Below are positions 24,244 to 27,950 of a stretch of DNA of 27,950 nucleotides, piece after piece; the first letter of the stretch is position 1, and each line of letters begins with the position of its first letter. The notes under the pieces were generated by a model, which searched no databases, was not told where the DNA came from, and was given only the letters and a program-made list of their open reading frames with translations. A program made the position numbers and the translations under genes. This DNA comes from Oscillospiraceae bacterium (lineage in GTDB: Bacteria > Bacillota > Clostridia > Oscillospirales > Oscillospiraceae), in NCBI GenBank assembly GCA_031288675.1, contig JAITQY010000022.1, forward strand, positions 1 through 27,950, written 5' to 3'.

Positions 24244-25617
24244 TCAGAATCCATACTTTCTTAGAATATCCTCGGCATAGCTGGAGGTTTTGCCGCTGCT
24301 GCGCACAACCTTGTAAGTGCGCTTAGAATTTGCGTCATTTACCGCGACGGTCAATACCGGCAGAGAATTGTTTTCCGGCAATTGGTGAGTAATATAAAGC
24401 GTAATACAACCGGAGCCGGCAAGCGCGGCGGAAAGCTCCGTCGTAAGCTCTGCGGCCTTTTCGGTAGTGGTGGTTGCGAAGGTTTCATTAAGCAGCACGA
24501 GGGAATCTCCGCCGTGTAAGGAAAGAATCTCAGCCATTCGGCGCTGCTCATCCTCAAGGCGGCTTTCTCCGTGTTCGTCGCGCGGAAAGTGCGTAAGTAT
24601 ATTACTGAACGGGTAAACGCGCATTGATTCAGCAGGAACGGGCAGTCCTGACCGGGCTAAGACGGCGGCGGTTCCGATGCTGCGCAGATAGGTGGTTTTG
24701 CCTCCGCCGTTCGCGCCGCTTAGGAAGAAGAACGGTTCCTGAGGGGTGAAAAACACATCGTTAGCGACGATTTCACGCTGTTCCTTAAAGAGCAGAGAGA
24801 GGTCGAGCAATCCGGCTACCTCCAAACGTTTATCAGAAACAAAATTAGGAAAATTATGTGTGATATTATTTTTGGCGTAGAGAGACGCGATCTCTGTATA
24901 GAGAGTAAGTTCATGGCAGTATTTAAGTAAATCTATACTAAAATCGTTTTCAAATTTTCTGTGAAAGTCCGAAAACCGCTTAAATTCTTCCGGAAACAGC
25001 GCAGAAACGGCGTTAATAATGCGGGTGTTAAGCTCCGTGTCAGCTTCGCGCTTGTCAAAACTGATGTTAAGACCTAATGAATCCGACGCGAATTGCAGTC
25101 TTTTGGCAAGCGATATACTTCCGGCGGAGCGGGATACTTTTAAGTTATCACCTTTGACGGAAAACTCCAAATTAAGAATAGAATCCGTAAGAGCCGAAAG
25201 CCCCTTTGAATCGGATCGCTCCGCGCTGAAACTGCCGGAAAATCCGGCGCGGAAGTCAGCAATCAACTCGCTGTCTCCCGGGATCACAGCCGCCAGATCG
25301 GCAAAGTCAAGCGCTGCGAGTATAAGACGAGCGAACAGATAGTCGCGCTCCGGCACGCTTCGGGCGGAGGAGTAGGCGGATTGAACGCCGTTAAGGCGCT
25401 TTGCCGCGAGGGTAAGCGTCTTATAAGCGGACAGGTTAGCCTCCGTGTCGCGGTATACAGCTTGACGGAGCGTTACGTCCTCCGGCGCGCAGAGTACGGA
25501 CATGGTATCAAGAGTATCCGCGCTAAGTATTTTTGTAAGCTGCAAATCGGAGAACACGCCGGGAGCAAGCCGGACGCCGGTCGGCGCGGCACGATATAAA
25601 AGAGAGGGATATATCAT
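24244..25617 (-). CDS. MutS-family ATPase lacking the mismatch-binding and connector domains (domain III/V-like only)
   Basis: The C-terminal half aligns by eye to MutS domain V: VANDVFF...FFFLSGANGGGKTTYLRSIG...SRLEDEQRRMAEIL...SLVLLNETFATTTT...YITH. The ATG overlaps the rpoD stop as TAATG. Confidence 0.8.
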   Translation of the reverse strand: MIYPSLLYRAAPTGVRLAPGVFSDLQLTKILSADTLDTMSVLCAPEDVTLRQAVYRDTEANLSAYKTLTLAAKRLNGVQSAYSSARSVPERDYLFARLILAALDFADLAAVIPGDSELIADFRAGFSGSFSAERSDSKGLSALTDSILNLEFSVKGDNLKVSRSAGSISLAKRLQFASDSLGLNISFDKREADTELNTRIINAVSALFPEEFKRFSDFHRKFENDFSIDLLKYCHELTLYTEIASLYAKNNITHNFPNFVSDKRLEVAGLLDLSLLFKEQREIVANDVFFTPQEPFFFLSGANGGGKTTYLRSIGTAAVLARSGLPVPAESMRVYPFSNILTHFPRDEHGESRLEDEQRRMAEILSLHGGDSLVLLNETFATTTTEKAAELTTELSAALAGSGCITLYITHQLPENNSLPVLTVAVNDANSKRTYKVVRSSGKTSSYAEDILRKYGF

Positions 25618-26813
25618 TATGACAGGAAGTCCCTGAGTTTTTTACTGCGGCTGGGGTGGCGCAGTTTACGGAGGGCTTTAGCTTCAATTTGACGGATACG
25701 CTCGCGGGTGACGTTGAAATCCCTGCCGACCTCCTCAAGGGTACGCGCTTTGCCGTCAACGAGACCGAACCGCATTTTGAGTACTTTGCGCTCGCGCTCG
25801 GTAAGACTGTTGAGTACGCCGTTTAACTGCTCTTTAAGGAAAGTGCTTGAGGCGGCTTCGGCAGGCTCGGAAGCGTCTTCGTCAGGGATAAAGTCGCCGA
25901 GATGGGAGTCTTCTTCCTCGCCGATAGGGGTTTCGAGTGATACGGGCTCCTGAGCGATTTTAAGTATCTCACGGACTTTTTCAACAGGGATATTCATTTC
26001 CTGAGCAATCTCTTCAGGCCGAGGATCGTGTCCAAGCTCCTGAAGCAACTGACGGGAAACGCGGATGACCTTATTGATAGTTTCCACCATATGCACGGGG
26101 ATACGGATAGTACGCGCCTGATCGGCGATACTGCGGGTGATAGCCTGACGTATCCACCAAGTAGCGTATGTGCTGAATTTGTAGCCTTTGGCATAGTCGA
26201 ACTTCTCTACTGCTTTAAGAAGCCCCATATTGCCCTCTTGAATAAGGTCAAGGAAAAGCAGTCCGCGCCCCACGTAACGCTTGGCGATGCTGACGACAAG
26301 ACGCAGGTTAGCCTCCGCCATACGCTGACCGGCGCGGTCGGCTACGTCACCGCCGTCAGCCATAAGTTTGCCGAGTTCCTGCTCCTGATCCATAGAGAGA
26401 AGCGGAACCTTGCCGATTTCTTTCAGATACATACGTACGGGGTCATCAAGCGAGTATGCCTCCGCCAGCGCGTCAGGGTCAACGAGTTCTTCTTCCGTGA
26501 TTTCCTCAAGCTCCGCGATTTCTTCCAGTTCGGAGGGGTCGGGCAGTAAATCTTCGTCAAGGATTATGTGTTTTTCTTTGAACTCGTCATCGCCGGTCTC
26601 GATACCGAGATTTTCTAAACGCTCGTAAATCCGGTCGATTTGATCCGGCGTCATATGCAGTTCTTCAAGCGCGTCCGCTACGTCTTTAACGGAGATACTG
26701 CCGCCTTGCGCGCGTCCTTTTTCGACCAGCTCGGCAAAGCGGTTCTCAATTGCCTGAGGGTTAGAGCCTCTCTCGAAGTTATCCAAAGATTGAGTGTTCT
26801 GTTGGTTGTTCAT
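25617..26813 (-). CDS. rpoD: Primary (housekeeping) RNA polymerase sigma factor
   Basis: Region 1.1/1.2 is present, followed by [38 protein letters not shown] (region 2), region 3, and region 4 ([30 protein letters not shown]). ATG 26813 lies 8 nt after GGAGG; the ORF-track start at 26831 is a TTG overlapping that SD. Confidence 0.96.
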   Translation of the reverse strand: MNNQQNTQSLDNFERGSNPQAIENRFAELVEKGRAQGGSISVKDVADALEELHMTPDQIDRIYERLENLGIETGDDEFKEKHIILDEDLLPDPSELEEIAELEEITEEELVDPDALAEAYSLDDPVRMYLKEIGKVPLLSMDQEQELGKLMADGGDVADRAGQRMAEANLRLVVSIAKRYVGRGLLFLDLIQEGNMGLLKAVEKFDYAKGYKFSTYATWWIRQAITRSIADQARTIRIPVHMVETINKVIRVSRQLLQELGHDPRPEEIAQEMNIPVEKVREILKIAQEPVSLETPIGEEEDSHLGDFIPDEDASEPAEAASSTFLKEQLNGVLNSLTERERKVLKMRFGLVDGKARTLEEVGRDFNVTRERIRQIEAKALRKLRHPSRSKKLRDFLS

Positions 26814-26942
26814 ATGTGTTTCCTCCCACAAGTTTGGTAGTTTGTATGTAGTTAGGCACGGAGAGTGAGCAGACTAAAACTGCGGTATTTCTGCCGGCTG
26901 ACCGTGTTTTGGGTCGATTTATCTTTATTGGGACAGCGGCTG

Positions 26943-27950
26943 TTAAGGGTCGGCGGTGCGCGCGGCTATGATAGCGGCGAGGTCACCGCTGTCAGCGGCG
27001 CGTTCTGAGCGAATGGTGCGGATGTAATCGGCAAGGACGTCATAGGCGTTTGAGATTGGAACGTCGTTGCTGCACAACCGTGATAGAAGAGACATCTCTT
27101 CCGGCGAGAGTTCCGACGCGAGACTTGAGGCGTCCGTGCTTGCCCCGGCGTGAAAGCGCGTCAGCATAGCGGAGAGAATACGAGCAAGCTCCGGAGAAGT
27201 GAACTCGTCTTTGGGGTCAAATGTGATATAAGAGAGAATTTGCGGATCGTTTGCCGCGAGGGCAATGACGCCCTGCTCGGCAGCGGCGCTGCGCGGATGG
27301 TCAAAGCGGAAGCCTCCGGTTCGGGCGGAATCACGCATTGTTTGAACGGGACGGAGGTTATCGCGGTTTTCTTTGCCGCGTTCGGCGCGTGCAAGGCGCT
27401 TAGCCTCTTTAGCGGCTTCGGCAGTGATGAACGCGGCGTCTACCTGAGCGAGCTTAGCGGCTTTGGGCGCAAAGACTTCACGGCGTACCGGGTCAACGGA
27501 GGCAAAGAGCTGAATCGCGGCGCGCAGGAACTCCGCACGTGATTCGTCTTTGGTAAGGTCAAACTCCGCTTCAAGTTTGCTGAGACGGTAGGTCACGTCG
27601 TCGCGGCGGTTTTCAAGCAGTTGGCGGAACGCCGGAGCTCCGTGAGTTTTGATGTAGTCGTCTACATCTTTGCCGTCCGGCACGCGAAGGACGCTGAGCG
27701 ACATACCCGCCTTGTCAAGCTCGGCAAGAGCGCGGTCAGTGGCTTTGATACCGGCGTTGTCGGCATCGTAGCAAACGACAACCTCCTTGATATTGTAACG
27801 CGAAATCAGGGAGACTTGTTCGGGCGTGAGGGAAGTTCCCATAGAGGCGACAGCGTTATCGAAGCCAGCCTGATGAAGCGTTATCACGTCTACATTTCCC
27901 TCAACGAGGATAAAATAACCGCTTTTTGTGTTTTTGGATAAATTTATTCC
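26943..27950 (-). CDS. dnaG: DNA primase DnaG, 5'-truncated by the window edge (TOPRIM and C-terminal domains present)
   Basis: The frame stays open to base 27950 (GINLSKNTKSGYFILVEGNVDVITLHQAGFDNAVASMGTSLT...VVCYDADNAGIKAT), which is a TOPRIM domain. The gene lies immediately upstream of rpoD, as in the classic dnaG-rpoD operon. Confidence 0.93.
   Translation of the reverse strand, partial: GINLSKNTKSGYFILVEGNVDVITLHQAGFDNAVASMGTSLTPEQVSLISRYNIKEVVVCYDADNAGIKATDRALAELDKAGMSLSVLRVPDGKDVDDYIKTHGAPAFRQLLENRRDDVTYRLSKLEAEFDLTKDESRAEFLRAAIQLFASVDPVRREVFAPKAAKLAQVDAAFITAEAAKEAKRLARAERGKENRDNLRPVQTMRDSARTGGFRFDHPRSAAAEQGVIALAANDPQILSYITFDPKDEFTSPELARILSAMLTRFHAGASTDASSLASELSPEEMSLLSRLCSNDVPISNAYDVLADYIRTIRSERAADSGDLAAIIAARTADP

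Noticed and set aside
26028-26549. 173-aa plus-strand ORF inside rpoD. The same applies to the other antisense ORFs in the track, such as 260-742, 9596-10075, 7346-7696, 21324-21806 and 27150-27542.
   Set aside because: All lie opposite strongly supported conserved genes and show no domain-like sequence or translation signals.
1-27950. Mobile elements, integrases, prophage or defence-island hallmarks
   Set aside because: No transposase, recombinase or phage-like ORFs, no long terminal inverted repeats and no tRNA attachment sites were seen. The accessory content is limited to two small TA modules.

Overview
This window is the chromosomal replication-origin neighbourhood of a Bacillota (Clostridia-type) genome. 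The core is the conserved dnaA - oriC - dnaN - yaaA(S4) - recF - gyrB - gyrA block at about 2.9-11.6 kb. oriC lies in the dnaA-dnaN spacer: tandem TTATCAACA DnaA boxes, a terminal TTATCCAC box, a (CTA)5 DnaA-trio-like tract and an AT-rich unwinding element. Left of dnaA are a gene tail, a predicted PPi-type phosphofructokinase, a hicAB toxin-antitoxin pair and a GNAT acetyltransferase. Right of gyrA are a TPP-riboswitch-controlled thiT, an acyl-ACP thioesterase - rimO - pgsA operon, queA and a Phd/RelE-type toxin-antitoxin pair. A long minus-strand block follows: a ClpE-type zinc-finger AAA+ unfoldase overlapped by a second CDP-alcohol phosphatidyltransferase, an SLH surface protein, an M24 aminopeptidase, a truncated MutS-family ATPase coupled to rpoD, rpoD and dnaG (truncated at the right edge). 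An M19 dipeptidase sits on the plus strand inside that block. I found no rRNA, tRNA, CRISPR array, transposase or integrase. I see no clear-cut novel multi-gene system. The most unexplained signals are: (1) a 7-nt-phased UAG/NAG repeat array filling the pgsA-queA spacer; (2) a hicA - hicB(RHH) - GNAT arrangement that could be a shared-antitoxin module; (3) a mismatch-domain-less MutS paralogue with a Walker B Asp->Asn change, fused to rpoD by TAATG; and (4) essential dnaG-rpoD lying head-on to the adjacent origin. All calls come from reading the sequence and ORF translations by eye, with no searches run.
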